A stretch of 64,000 nucleotides of DNA, taken from Candidatus Eiseniibacteriota bacterium. GTDB taxonomy: Bacteria; Eisenbacteria; RBG-16-71-46; CAIMUX01; VGJL01. The DNA lies in NCBI GenBank assembly GCA_041946735.1, contig JBHGAY010000005.1, positions 64,001-128,000 on the forward strand, read 5' to 3'. Both the position numbers and the translations under genes were made by a program. This document shows positions 46,710-54,905 of this stretch, piece by piece (position 1 is the stretch's first letter; every line of letters starts with the position of its first letter). The notes beneath the pieces are model-generated. The model was not told where the DNA came from and searched no databases. It was given only the letters and a program-made list of their open reading frames with translations.

Positions 46710-48235
46710 CGGCCGGCTCCGGCGGCGCGGCTGCGCGCCGGCTCCTTGCCGGGGGCCCCGCAGTCCCCTTGGCGGACCCACCCGAGGCGCTCGAGAAGGC
46801 GGCGGGACCGGCCCGCGCCGGCGTTCGCCGCGAGCCACTCGCGATCGATCGGGCGGATCCCGCCGAGGGCGATCCAGATCGTCGCGTAGATCGCGCCGCC
46901 GAGGAACAAGCGCGGGAGCGGCGGCGCGCCCAGCGGCCCGACGATCGCCGCAGCGAGGAACGCCGCCGGAACGGCCGGGAGGAGCGATTCGCCGAGGACC
47001 ACCGCGCCGAAGCGATCGCGCAGAAGCCACAGGTTGCGTCCCACGACGAGCGCCTGCGTGGCCACGGCGGCGAGAGCCGCTCCGCGCAAGCCGGCCCGCG
47101 GGATCAGGAGCAGAGCGGCGGCGACGCTCGCGGCGAGGCCGATCGCCTCGCTCAGCAGCACCTGGCGCGCCCGGCCGAGCGCGTACAGCGCGCCGCCCGC
47201 GATGTGGTTCAGCGACAGGAGGGGCAGGCAGGCGACCAGTATCGCGAGGCAGGGGCCGGCCGTGGCGTAGTCCGGTCCGTAGACCCAGTCGATCCATCGT
47301 CCCGCATCGAACGCGAGGAGCGTCGCGAAGGGGATCGTGACGGCGAGAAGCCCGTGCGAGGCGAGCCGGCAGCTCGACGTGAACGAGGCGCCGGAGCGGT
47401 CGGCCGCGCGCGAGAGGATCGGATAGATCGCGGCGGCGACGCTCCCGGGGATGAGGATCCACAGGTCGACGACCTTGAAGGTCGCCGCGTACAGCCCGGT
47501 CGCGTGATCGTCGAGCAGCGCGGGCAGCAGCATCACGTTCATGCGGAAGTAGAGCGCGAAGAGGATCCCGGCGACGCCGAAGGAGGCGGAGCGCCGAAGC
47601 ATCGTGCCGACGAGGCGCCAGCGGAAGGTCAGGAAGCGGACCCGGCGGCGGCGCACGAGCGCCAGCCCGGCGAGCGCCCCGCAAAAGGAGGAGACGATCA
47701 TCGCTCCCGCGATTCCCGGCACTCCGAGGCCGCCGCGCAACGCCGCGTAGCCGAGCGCGACGCGTAGAAGATTCGTCGATGCCTCGACGATCACTCGCGG
47801 GGCGAACTCTTCCCGCGAGGAGAGGACCGCCAGACCGCAGCTACCGAGCAGCGAGAAGAGCGTCCCGGCCGCCATGAGCCCGACGGCGAGGCGGACGTCG
47901 GCCGCCTGGTGGAGCAGGAACGCGAGCGGGAGCAACGTGAGCATGCCGCAGGCCCAGAGCAGGGCGCGGGTCAGCATCGAAGCGGTGAAGACCTCCGAGC
48001 TTCCCCAAGGATCGCGCGCCATCTCGCGAATCGCGTGGAGGTCGATCCCGAAGGCGGCCCCGATCGAGAGGTAGGAGGCGAGCGCGACGGCGAGGGAGTA
48101 TTGCCCGAAGCGGTCGGTTCCCAGCTCGCGCGCCGCGAAGACGACGAAGGCGAGCGAGAATGCCTGGGTCGCGAGACGGCCGGACAGAATCCAGACCGAG
48201 TTGCGCGAGGCCCTCCGCATCGTCTTCCTGTCCAT
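46706..48235 (-). CDS. wzx: Oligosaccharide flippase
   Basis: RNSVW..ARELG..FGQYS, many TM segments, GLYAA, LIPRAGLRGAA; RBS GGAGG. Confidence 0.9.
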   Translation of the reverse strand: MDRKTMRRASRNSVWILSGRLATQAFSLAFVVFAARELGTDRFGQYSLAVALASYLSIGAAFGIDLHAIREMARDPWGSSEVFTASMLTRALLWACGMLTLLPLAFLLHQAADVRLAVGLMAAGTLFSLLGSCGLAVLSSREEFAPRVIVEASTNLLRVALGYAALRGGLGVPGIAGAMIVSSFCGALAGLALVRRRRVRFLTFRWRLVGTMLRRSASFGVAGILFALYFRMNVMLLPALLDDHATGLYAATFKVVDLWILIPGSVAAAIYPILSRAADRSGASFTSSCRLASHGLLAVTIPFATLLAFDAGRWIDWVYGPDYATAGPCLAILVACLPLLSLNHIAGGALYALGRARQVLLSEAIGLAASVAAALLLIPRAGLRGAALAAVATQALVVGRNLWLLRDRFGAVVLGESLLPAVPAAFLAAAIVGPLGAPPLPRLFLGGAIYATIWIALGGIRPIDREWLAANAGAGRSRRLLERLGWVRQGDCGAPGKEPARSRAAGAGR

Positions 48236-48629
48236 GCTCCTCCCGGACGTCCTGGCCGGAACGGCCATCCGCCCGCGCGCGAGCGACCCGTCGGGCCGCG
48301 CCGACGGCGCAGCCAGGGCGTTCCTCCCCGGCCCTCTTGGCCGGGGCGCGCGGTTTCCTCTCCTCCCCTGGTTTCGGCAGATCGGCCGGGCGAGAACATC
48401 CGAAAGAAATCGACGGTTGCGACCGAACGCAACGGATTGCGCGCCGCTTCCCGGACCTCAAGGAGCGGACGATTCCACCGATAGTGTGAGGGAGTGGACT
48501 TCCCGGGAGGGAATGCCGGGGGCCACGGCAGGAAGCATCGAGGAAAGGAAGGTTCGAGGAGAGGATCCGAGGACCCCGGATGGGGAGCGGCCGCGAGGGA
48601 CGAAGGATGGCGAGGGTTTGGCCGGTGGC

Positions 48630-49913
48630 ATGGACGCCTTCTGTTTGAGCTTCTGCGTCGCGATCGCGACGACGCTCGTTCTTACCCCCGCGGCCGCCAG
48701 GCTTGCCCGCCTCCGCCGCATCGTCGACGTTCCCGGAGGCCGCAAGACGCATTCCCGCCTGACACCGCTCCTCGGTGGCCTGTCGATCTTCCTTGGCGCC
48801 GCGATCCCGACCGCCTTCTTCCTGCTGCACGCCGGCGCCGCCGCCTCAGGCGGCCGGCCGTGGCTCGTGGCCGCCGCCGGCGCCGTGCTCGTTCTCTGTC
48901 TCGGGATCTGGGATGACGCGCGTGACCTTCGGCCGCGGCGCAAGCTCGCCGCGCAGCTCGCCATCGCGCTGCTGGTCGGCGTGGCTGGCGCGCGCGTCGC
49001 GGCGATCGATCTCCCCGGCTCCGTGCGGCTCGGCCTCGGCGTCGCGTCGCTGCCTTTGACCGTCCTCTGGATCACCGCGTCGATGAACGCGTGGAACCTG
49101 ATCGACGGGATGGACGGGCTCGCGGCGGGGCTCGCCGCTCTCGCCGCCGGCCTGCTCGGCTGGCGCGCGGCCGCCGCGGGCGAGATGGCCTGCGCGGTCC
49201 TCTACCTGTCGCTTGCCGGAGCGTGCCTGGCCTTCCTGCGCCACAACTTCCATCCGGCGTCGATCTTCATGGGGGACTGTGGAAGCCTCTTCCTCGGCTA
49301 CGTCTTCGCCGTCGGTCCGTTGATGGCCGGGCAGCGGGTGGCGGGACACGGCGCGACAGGATACGGCGCGACGGGATACGGCGCGGCGGGATATGCCGCG
49401 ACGGGATACGCAGGGGAGGGCGCGGCGCTCGATGCCGCCATTCCGATGCTGATCCTGCTCTTGCCGATCGCCGACATGACGGCCGCGGTCGTGCGGCGCG
49501 CGCGCCTGTTCGCGCGCGTGCGCGCCGCCTGGGGAATGCCGACCTGGGATGTGATCCGGATGGTCGGCGCTGCTGACCGCCGCCACGTCCACCATCTGCT
49601 GCTCGCGCGCGGTCTCGGCCAGCGTCGTGCGGCCATCGCGCTCTATGGAGTCGCCCTTCTGCTCGGCGGCGTGGCGATGGCGCGCGGGCCGATCGCGTTC
49701 CAGTGGGCCGCGCTCGCCGCCGGCCCTCTCGCTCTCGGCATCTTTCTCTTGCGGCTCGGCTGCGCGACACCCGGATCGGCGTCGCGCGCGAGAGCCGCGA
49801 CGGCACCGGGTGCGCCCATCGCCGCGACGCCGCCCCCGATGGCCGGCCTGCGCCGGCCCCGCCCGCGCCAGCCTCGCCCCCACCAGCCCGACGAGCGACG
49901 CTCCGCCGCGTGA
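48630..49913 (+). CDS. wecA: MraY/WecA-family undecaprenyl-phosphate HexNAc-1-P transferase
   Basis: DVPGGRKTH..TPLLGG, GIWDD, NAWNLIDGMDGL, NFHPASIFMGDCGS, DRRHVHH; start uncertain. Confidence 0.88.
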   Translation: MDAFCLSFCVAIATTLVLTPAAARLARLRRIVDVPGGRKTHSRLTPLLGGLSIFLGAAIPTAFFLLHAGAAASGGRPWLVAAAGAVLVLCLGIWDDARDLRPRRKLAAQLAIALLVGVAGARVAAIDLPGSVRLGLGVASLPLTVLWITASMNAWNLIDGMDGLAAGLAALAAGLLGWRAAAAGEMACAVLYLSLAGACLAFLRHNFHPASIFMGDCGSLFLGYVFAVGPLMAGQRVAGHGATGYGATGYGAAGYAATGYAGEGAALDAAIPMLILLLPIADMTAAVVRRARLFARVRAAWGMPTWDVIRMVGAADRRHVHHLLLARGLGQRRAAIALYGVALLLGGVAMARGPIAFQWAALAAGPLALGIFLLRLGCATPGSASRARAATAPGAPIAATPPPMAGLRRPRPRQPRPHQPDERRSAA

Positions 49914-49963
49914 CGGGGAAAAGTCCCCAGCTCCAGATCGCCGATCGTCTGCCGCCATCCGAA

Positions 49964-49972
49964 TGTTAAAAT
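49964..49972 (+). promoter_or_regulatory. Extended -10 promoter, predicted leaderless transcript
   Basis: TGtTAAAAT followed 6 nt later by ATG 49979; no RBS. Confidence 0.6.
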
Positions 49973-49978
49973 CGATGC

Positions 49979-51181
49979 ATGGCGAAACGCTCGCGGCTGC
50001 TCCCCCTCCTCCCCGCGATCCTCGGGATGGTCGTCCTCCTGATCCAGACCGCGCTGCCCGGTTGCCCGACGAAGCCTGCCGTCGCCGAGGAGCCGGAGCA
50101 TCCGGCGGAGTCCCCGGAGGACGGCGCGAATCTCGAGATCCGCCCGGGCGCGGAGATCGAGTCGCTTCTCGCCGCGGCTCCCGACGGCGGCACCGTCCGC
50201 CTCGCACGCGCCCGCTACCGGCTGAGCCGCTCCCTCGAGATCCGCCGCCCGGTCCATCTCCTCGGCGAGGACGGCACGGTCCTCGAGATGCAGCCGGGCG
50301 CCTCGACGAGCCTCTTCGACGTCCGTGACGTCGACGCGCGGGAAGACGGAGGGCCGGTCGTGATCGAGAGGATGATGCTCTCCGGCAATCGCGAAGCGCA
50401 GCGAGGAGGCAGCGGCATCCTGCTGCTCTCCTGCGCCGGGTGCATCGTTCGCGACGTCACGATCCGCTCCTTCTGGCAGGACGGCCTCTACGCCTCCGAC
50501 GCCCGCGAATGTCTCTTCGAGCGGATCATTCTCGAGGACTGCGGGCGCAACGGCCTCTCGTTCGGCGAGCGGATCGTCGAGCCGGCGAGCGAAGGAAACC
50601 GCATCCTAGGGGCGGCGGCGCGCGACAACGCGAGCATCGGATTCGACGTCGAGCCGGGGATCGGCAACCGGTTCGAGGATTGCGTCGCGACGGGGAACGG
50701 GAGCTACGGCTTTTCCGTCGGGGCGGGAGCGCGCAGCCACGGCAACGCTCTCGTGCGATGCCGGGCAGAAAGGAACGGCGACCACGGCATCAATCTCTGG
50801 AGCGGGGAAAACGAGGTCCTCTCGTGCGAATCGCGCCGCAACGCGGGCGACGGGATCTCGATCGTGCTCGCGGCCGGCAACACGATCTCCGATTGCGCCG
50901 CATCCGAGAACGGCCGCCATGGGATCGGCCTGGACCGCGCCAGCGGCTCGCTCCTCCGCGCCAACCTCGCCGAATCCAACGGACGAACCGGCCTCGGCGA
51001 CGGCATCGCGCTCGTCGCCGGAACGCCGGTCTACGACAATCTCCTGACCGGCAATCTCGTGCGCGGCGACTCCCACCGCTACGCGCTGGTCGTGACGGCG
51101 AAGGTGCTTCGCACCGTCCTCGAGGGGAATAGCTTCGAAGGCCCCCTCTCCGTGGCCGCGCGCGACGTCACCTGGCGCTGA
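49979..51181 (+). CDS. Right-handed parallel beta-helix protein (pectate lyase/NosD-like), possible lipoprotein
   Basis: Hydrophobic N-terminus ending LPGC; repeated CxAxxNGxxGI turns. Confidence 0.82.
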   Translation: MAKRSRLLPLLPAILGMVVLLIQTALPGCPTKPAVAEEPEHPAESPEDGANLEIRPGAEIESLLAAAPDGGTVRLARARYRLSRSLEIRRPVHLLGEDGTVLEMQPGASTSLFDVRDVDAREDGGPVVIERMMLSGNREAQRGGSGILLLSCAGCIVRDVTIRSFWQDGLYASDARECLFERIILEDCGRNGLSFGERIVEPASEGNRILGAAARDNASIGFDVEPGIGNRFEDCVATGNGSYGFSVGAGARSHGNALVRCRAERNGDHGINLWSGENEVLSCESRRNAGDGISIVLAAGNTISDCAASENGRHGIGLDRASGSLLRANLAESNGRTGLGDGIALVAGTPVYDNLLTGNLVRGDSHRYALVVTAKVLRTVLEGNSFEGPLSVAARDVTWR

Positions 51182-51196
51182 CCGGGACGGCCGGGT

Positions 51197-52030
51197 CTAG
51201 ATCAGGGTTCGCTTCCACGCGCGCGCCGGTTCGCTCGACCTCGCGCTCGTCGAGATCGAGGGAGCGCGGGCCGGCCGGGGGGCGTCGGCGGAGCCGTCGG
51301 TCCGGATCTCTTCGATCGACCGATCGGGCGCGATCCGCAGGACGAGGTCGGCGGGCTGGGAGGAGGCGAGAGCCTCCATGCGGCTGCGCGTCGACAGCAG
51401 GCACGAGAGCACCCGATTCACCGATTGATGCGCGAGGACGAGCGTCGGCGCGAACGCCAGCGCGGGTGCGGGCGCGAACGCCAGCGCGGGTACGGGTGCG
51501 AGCGCGAGCGCGGGTGCGGGCACGCGCGCGGGTGCGGGCGCGAGGGTTCGCGCCAGGGCGGGCGCGAGTTCCCCGCCCGCTGTCGTCGCCTCGGCCGCGA
51601 GATCCTGCACGAGCGAATGCAGCCGCGCGACTACGTCGGCGTAGCTTTCTCCTCCGGGCCAGCGGGCATGCCACTTGTCGCGCCGCCGCTGCTCGAGCAG
51701 CTCGGGAAAGCGCGCCTCGGCCTGAGCGACCGTGCCGCCCGAGCAGAGGCCGAAGTCCATCTCGACCAACTCTGCCCGCGTTTCCACGAGGGCGCCGGTT
51801 GCCTCGGCGACAATGCGGGCCGTCGCCTGGCAGCGTCCGAGGGGAGAGGCGAGGATCCTCGAGACGCCGCAGGTGCGCGCGAAGGCGGCGAGGCGCCGCG
51901 CCTGCTCCCAGCCAAGCGGCGTGAGCGGCGCGTCGCTCCGTCCCTGCATGCGTCCGTCCCGGTTCCAACGCGTCTCGCCATGGCGGGCCAGGTAGACCTC
52001 CCCGGCGAGGGCCGCGCTCGGCGCGTTCAT
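51197..52030 (-). CDS. Histidine phosphatase family protein
   Basis: LARHGETRWN, SPLGRC, EMDFG, PGGES, VLAH; ATGA overlap. Confidence 0.9.
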   Translation of the reverse strand: MNAPSAALAGEVYLARHGETRWNRDGRMQGRSDAPLTPLGWEQARRLAAFARTCGVSRILASPLGRCQATARIVAEATGALVETRAELVEMDFGLCSGGTVAQAEARFPELLEQRRRDKWHARWPGGESYADVVARLHSLVQDLAAEATTAGGELAPALARTLAPAPARVPAPALALAPVPALAFAPAPALAFAPTLVLAHQSVNRVLSCLLSTRSRMEALASSQPADLVLRIAPDRSIEEIRTDGSADAPRPARAPSISTSARSSEPARAWKRTLI

Positions 52031-52809
52031 CCGGCCGTCCCGCATGCGGGAGAGCTGGAGTCCGAGGCCGCGGGGGCGGAGCGTGAGGGGGAGAGCGCGA
52101 GCGAGGCGGCCGCAGGAACGCTTCGGCCCGCCGCGCTCGCGACGCGCAAGCCCCGCCAGATCGCCTCGGCGAACTCGAAGTCCTCGACAGTGTTCACGTC
52201 GACCGCCTCGATTCGCGAGAGCCGCAGCAGCCGGCATCGGTCCGGGCTCAGGCGGCGCCCGGTGGCCAGGACCGCCTCGGTGCGGTTCGCGTAGAGGCCG
52301 GTCGTCTCGTAGACGAACGGCTCCATCTCGAAGGAGTTCGGGATCGTGCCGTCCGGGTGGTAGTACGCCGGCCTCCCGGCGCTCCACAGGTAGAGCGGCT
52401 CCGCGAAGACGCCGACGACGCTGTGCGCGAGCGGGTCTTCGAGGAGCATCTCGACGGCGCGGTCGATGCTCGTGGGCGAGAGAAACGGCGAGGTCGGCAC
52501 GACCTGCACGACGATCCGCGAGTCGGCGAAGCTCTGCGCCTGCCACAGGGCGAGGTCGTCGCCGGTGGCAAGGTTCGAGGCGAGCGAGGCGGGACGGCGC
52601 AACGCCTCCGCTCCCCACTCGCAGCCGATTCGCAGGATCTCCTCCGCTTCGCTGTCGATCACGACGCGATCGACCCTGCGCGCGGCGCGCGCGTTGGCGA
52701 TCGCGTGGCAGAAGAGGGGACGGTCCCCCAGCATCCGGAGATTCTTGCCAGGGACGCGAAGGCTCGTGCCTTTCGCATGGACGACGGCGATGACCTCGCC
52801 CGCGCTCAC
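52027..52809 (-). CDS. neuA: Acylneuraminate cytidylyltransferase-like protein
   Basis: AKGTSLRVPGKN, IDSE, RRPASLA, PTSPF, YETTGLY, DVNTVEDF. Confidence 0.85.
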   Translation of the reverse strand: MSAGEVIAVVHAKGTSLRVPGKNLRMLGDRPLFCHAIANARAARRVDRVVIDSEAEEILRIGCEWGAEALRRPASLASNLATGDDLALWQAQSFADSRIVVQVVPTSPFLSPTSIDRAVEMLLEDPLAHSVVGVFAEPLYLWSAGRPAYYHPDGTIPNSFEMEPFVYETTGLYANRTEAVLATGRRLSPDRCRLLRLSRIEAVDVNTVEDFEFAEAIWRGLRVASAAGRSVPAAASLALSPSRSAPAASDSSSPACGTAG

Positions 52810-53885
52810 GCCGCCTTCCGGCGTCGCACCTCACCGGCCTCCTTCGCCTGCCTGGCTTCCTTCCCCTGCTCTGCCCCTCGCGTCGCTTGCTCCGCCGCGC
52901 GCGCGGCCTGCTCCGCCGTCTGCGCCCGCGCCGGAACCGGCGCCAGCTCGACCCCCGGCTCCCGCTTCGCCTTCGCCGTCCTGCCCGCCTCGAACCGGCT
53001 GGCGTCTCCGACGTAGCGATTGCCGTAGGTCTGCTCGACGAGGAAGCTTCGTTCGACGTTCGTCATCCCGAAATGGGTGGACAAGGCTGTCTCGGGGAGG
53101 TCTTCCCACCCTTCTCCCGGCCTGCGGCCCTCGCGATCGCGCCTCACCATCTCACGGAACTCATCGGGCTCGAGCGAGCACTCGATGTGATGGACGAAGG
53201 AATGGCGGGAGAGGCAGAAGTGGCGCTCGACGATCTTGGCTCCCTGGTCGATCGCGGCGAAGGTCGGCGCGATGCCGATCTCATGGCCGCTGTAGCCGAT
53301 CGTCACCCGCGGGCCTCCGAAGCGCCGCTCGAGGGAGAGGATGTTGCCCAGGCGCAACGATTCGGGTGGGCAAGGGTATTCCGCGACGCAGTGGAGCAGC
53401 CATACCGGGTGATGGCGGAAGATCGAGAGCGAATCTTCGATCTGGTCCAGCGTCGAGCCGCCGACCGACATCACGATGGTCCGGTCGCGCGGGATGTTGC
53501 GGGCCAGCTCCTCGAGGAAGGGACGGTTCCGCGCGTTCGACGACGCGACCTTGTAGCGCTTCAGGTCGAAGTCGAGCATGAACCGCAGGCTCGGGAGATC
53601 CTGGACCGTGCAGAACCATTCGATGCCGTGCTCCCGGCACTTCGCGTCGAAGCGGCGGAAGTCCTCTTCGCAGAACTCGAAGATCGTGCGGTAGTCGCGA
53701 TAGCTCTTGCCGTAAGGGCTCGCGAACGGGGCGTCGAGCTTCTCGCGTGAATAGAACGATTCCACGTCCTTCTTCTGCATCTTGATCGCGTCGCACCCGG
53801 CCCAGGCCGCGCGCTCGACCATCCGCTGGAGAACGTTCAGGTTCCCCATGTGGTTCGTCGTGAACTCCGCCACGAATCGGGTCAT
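52806..53885 (-). CDS. neuB: NeuB-family nonulosonate synthase, atypical
   Basis: AEFTTNHMG, DAIKMQK, KVASS, LHCVAEYP, GYSGHE, VERHF, SLEPDEF; RBS AAGGAGG. Confidence 0.88.
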   Translation of the reverse strand: MTRFVAEFTTNHMGNLNVLQRMVERAAWAGCDAIKMQKKDVESFYSREKLDAPFASPYGKSYRDYRTIFEFCEEDFRRFDAKCREHGIEWFCTVQDLPSLRFMLDFDLKRYKVASSNARNRPFLEELARNIPRDRTIVMSVGGSTLDQIEDSLSIFRHHPVWLLHCVAEYPCPPESLRLGNILSLERRFGGPRVTIGYSGHEIGIAPTFAAIDQGAKIVERHFCLSRHSFVHHIECSLEPDEFREMVRRDREGRRPGEGWEDLPETALSTHFGMTNVERSFLVEQTYGNRYVGDASRFEAGRTAKAKREPGVELAPVPARAQTAEQAARAAEQATRGAEQGKEARQAKEAGEVRRRKAA

Positions 53886-53908
53886 CCAATCCTCCTTGGC
53901 GCGCCGGA

Positions 53909-53980
53909 CGAGCCGGGTTCTGCGCTCGAGCCGGGTTCTGCGCTCCAGCCGGGTTCCTCGCTCGAGCCGGGTTCTTCGCT
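53909..53980. repeat. 18-nt tandem repeat x4 filling most of the rraA-neuB spacer
   Basis: CGAGCCGGGTTCTGCGCT x2 plus two variant copies; no spacers. Confidence 0.95.
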
Positions 53981-54735
53981 CACCATCGGCCGATGCGGTC
54001 GTAGAGGGACTGCACGTCGTCGGTGCCCTCCAGAGCACGCCGCACCTCGTCCTCGCGCGCGAGGCGCTGGGAGGCGAGGTAGGCCACGCGCTCCGCGAGG
54101 TCCTGCGGAACGACGATCACGCCGTCCGGGTCACCGTAGACCAGGTCGCCCGGACGGACCGGAACCGGTCCTTCGATCCCGGACAGCGCGATCGGCTGCT
54201 GGTAGTCGACGATCTGCCAGCGCCCGAAGGCGTCGATCGGCTGGGCTCCGCGGCAGAAGACGGGGAAGCGGTCCTCCTCGAGGCGCCGCGCGTCGCGCGT
54301 CCACCCATCGACGACCGCTCCGGTCGCGCCGAACTTGCGGGCCAGCCTCCCGCTGATATCGCCGAAGTGGGCTACGGACGCGTCGCCCCCCGCGTCGATC
54401 ACCTGCACGCAGCCGGGGGTGAAGGAGCGGAACATGCGGATGCGCACGGTGTCGTCGACGTGACGCTCGTCCAAGACGCGAGCGCCGGTGCAGGTGAAGG
54501 CGGGACCGAAGAGGATCGCGCCGCGTGGCAGCGACCAGAGCGGCTTGACCGCCGCATGCACGACGAACGGCCGCGGCCAGTTGAGATCGAAGCGGAGGGC
54601 GTCGTAGATCACCCCCGCGTAGAGGCCGGCGTAAGCGTCGCGCAGATCGCTCCGTTCCAGGACATCGACCGCCGGTTTCGGTTTCGGCTGTGGCTTGGAC
54701 TCCCGCCTCGATTCCGGCTCCAGAATTGGCTCCAC
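53980..54735 (-). CDS. RraA/HMG-CHA aldolase family protein
   Basis: IYDAL, GPAFT, AHFGDISG, VVDGWTRD, VRPGDLVYGDPDGVIVVP; RBS GGAGGAGG before GTG. Confidence 0.9.
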   Translation of the reverse strand: MEPILEPESRRESKPQPKPKPAVDVLERSDLRDAYAGLYAGVIYDALRFDLNWPRPFVVHAAVKPLWSLPRGAILFGPAFTCTGARVLDERHVDDTVRIRMFRSFTPGCVQVIDAGGDASVAHFGDISGRLARKFGATGAVVDGWTRDARRLEEDRFPVFCRGAQPIDAFGRWQIVDYQQPIALSGIEGPVPVRPGDLVYGDPDGVIVVPQDLAERVAYLASQRLAREDEVRRALEGTDDVQSLYDRIGRW

Positions 54736-54781
54736 GGCATCCTCCTCCCCGCGACGCGGGTCGCTCCCGCGGCGGACCTCA

Positions 54782-54797
54782 AGCAAGAAGCCTGCCG
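54782..54797 (-). promoter_or_regulatory. Putative sigma54 (-24/-12) promoter
   Basis: Minus strand CGGCAGGCTTCTTGCT, i.e. GG-N10-GC with GGCA and TTGC; 46 nt upstream of the RraA-like start. Confidence 0.6.
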
Positions 54798-54905
54798 GGG
54801 TGGGCGAGGACGCTAAGTGCCTTGAAAGCGCCCGATAAGGGTCGGCGGGGGGGTGGCCCGGTTCGGCCCGATGGGCGGAAGGACTTGCCGCGACAGCGGC
54901 CGCGG

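Noticed and set aside
53909..53980. Possible CRISPR array
   Set aside because: The 18-nt units are directly adjacent with no spacers, and no cas genes are in the window
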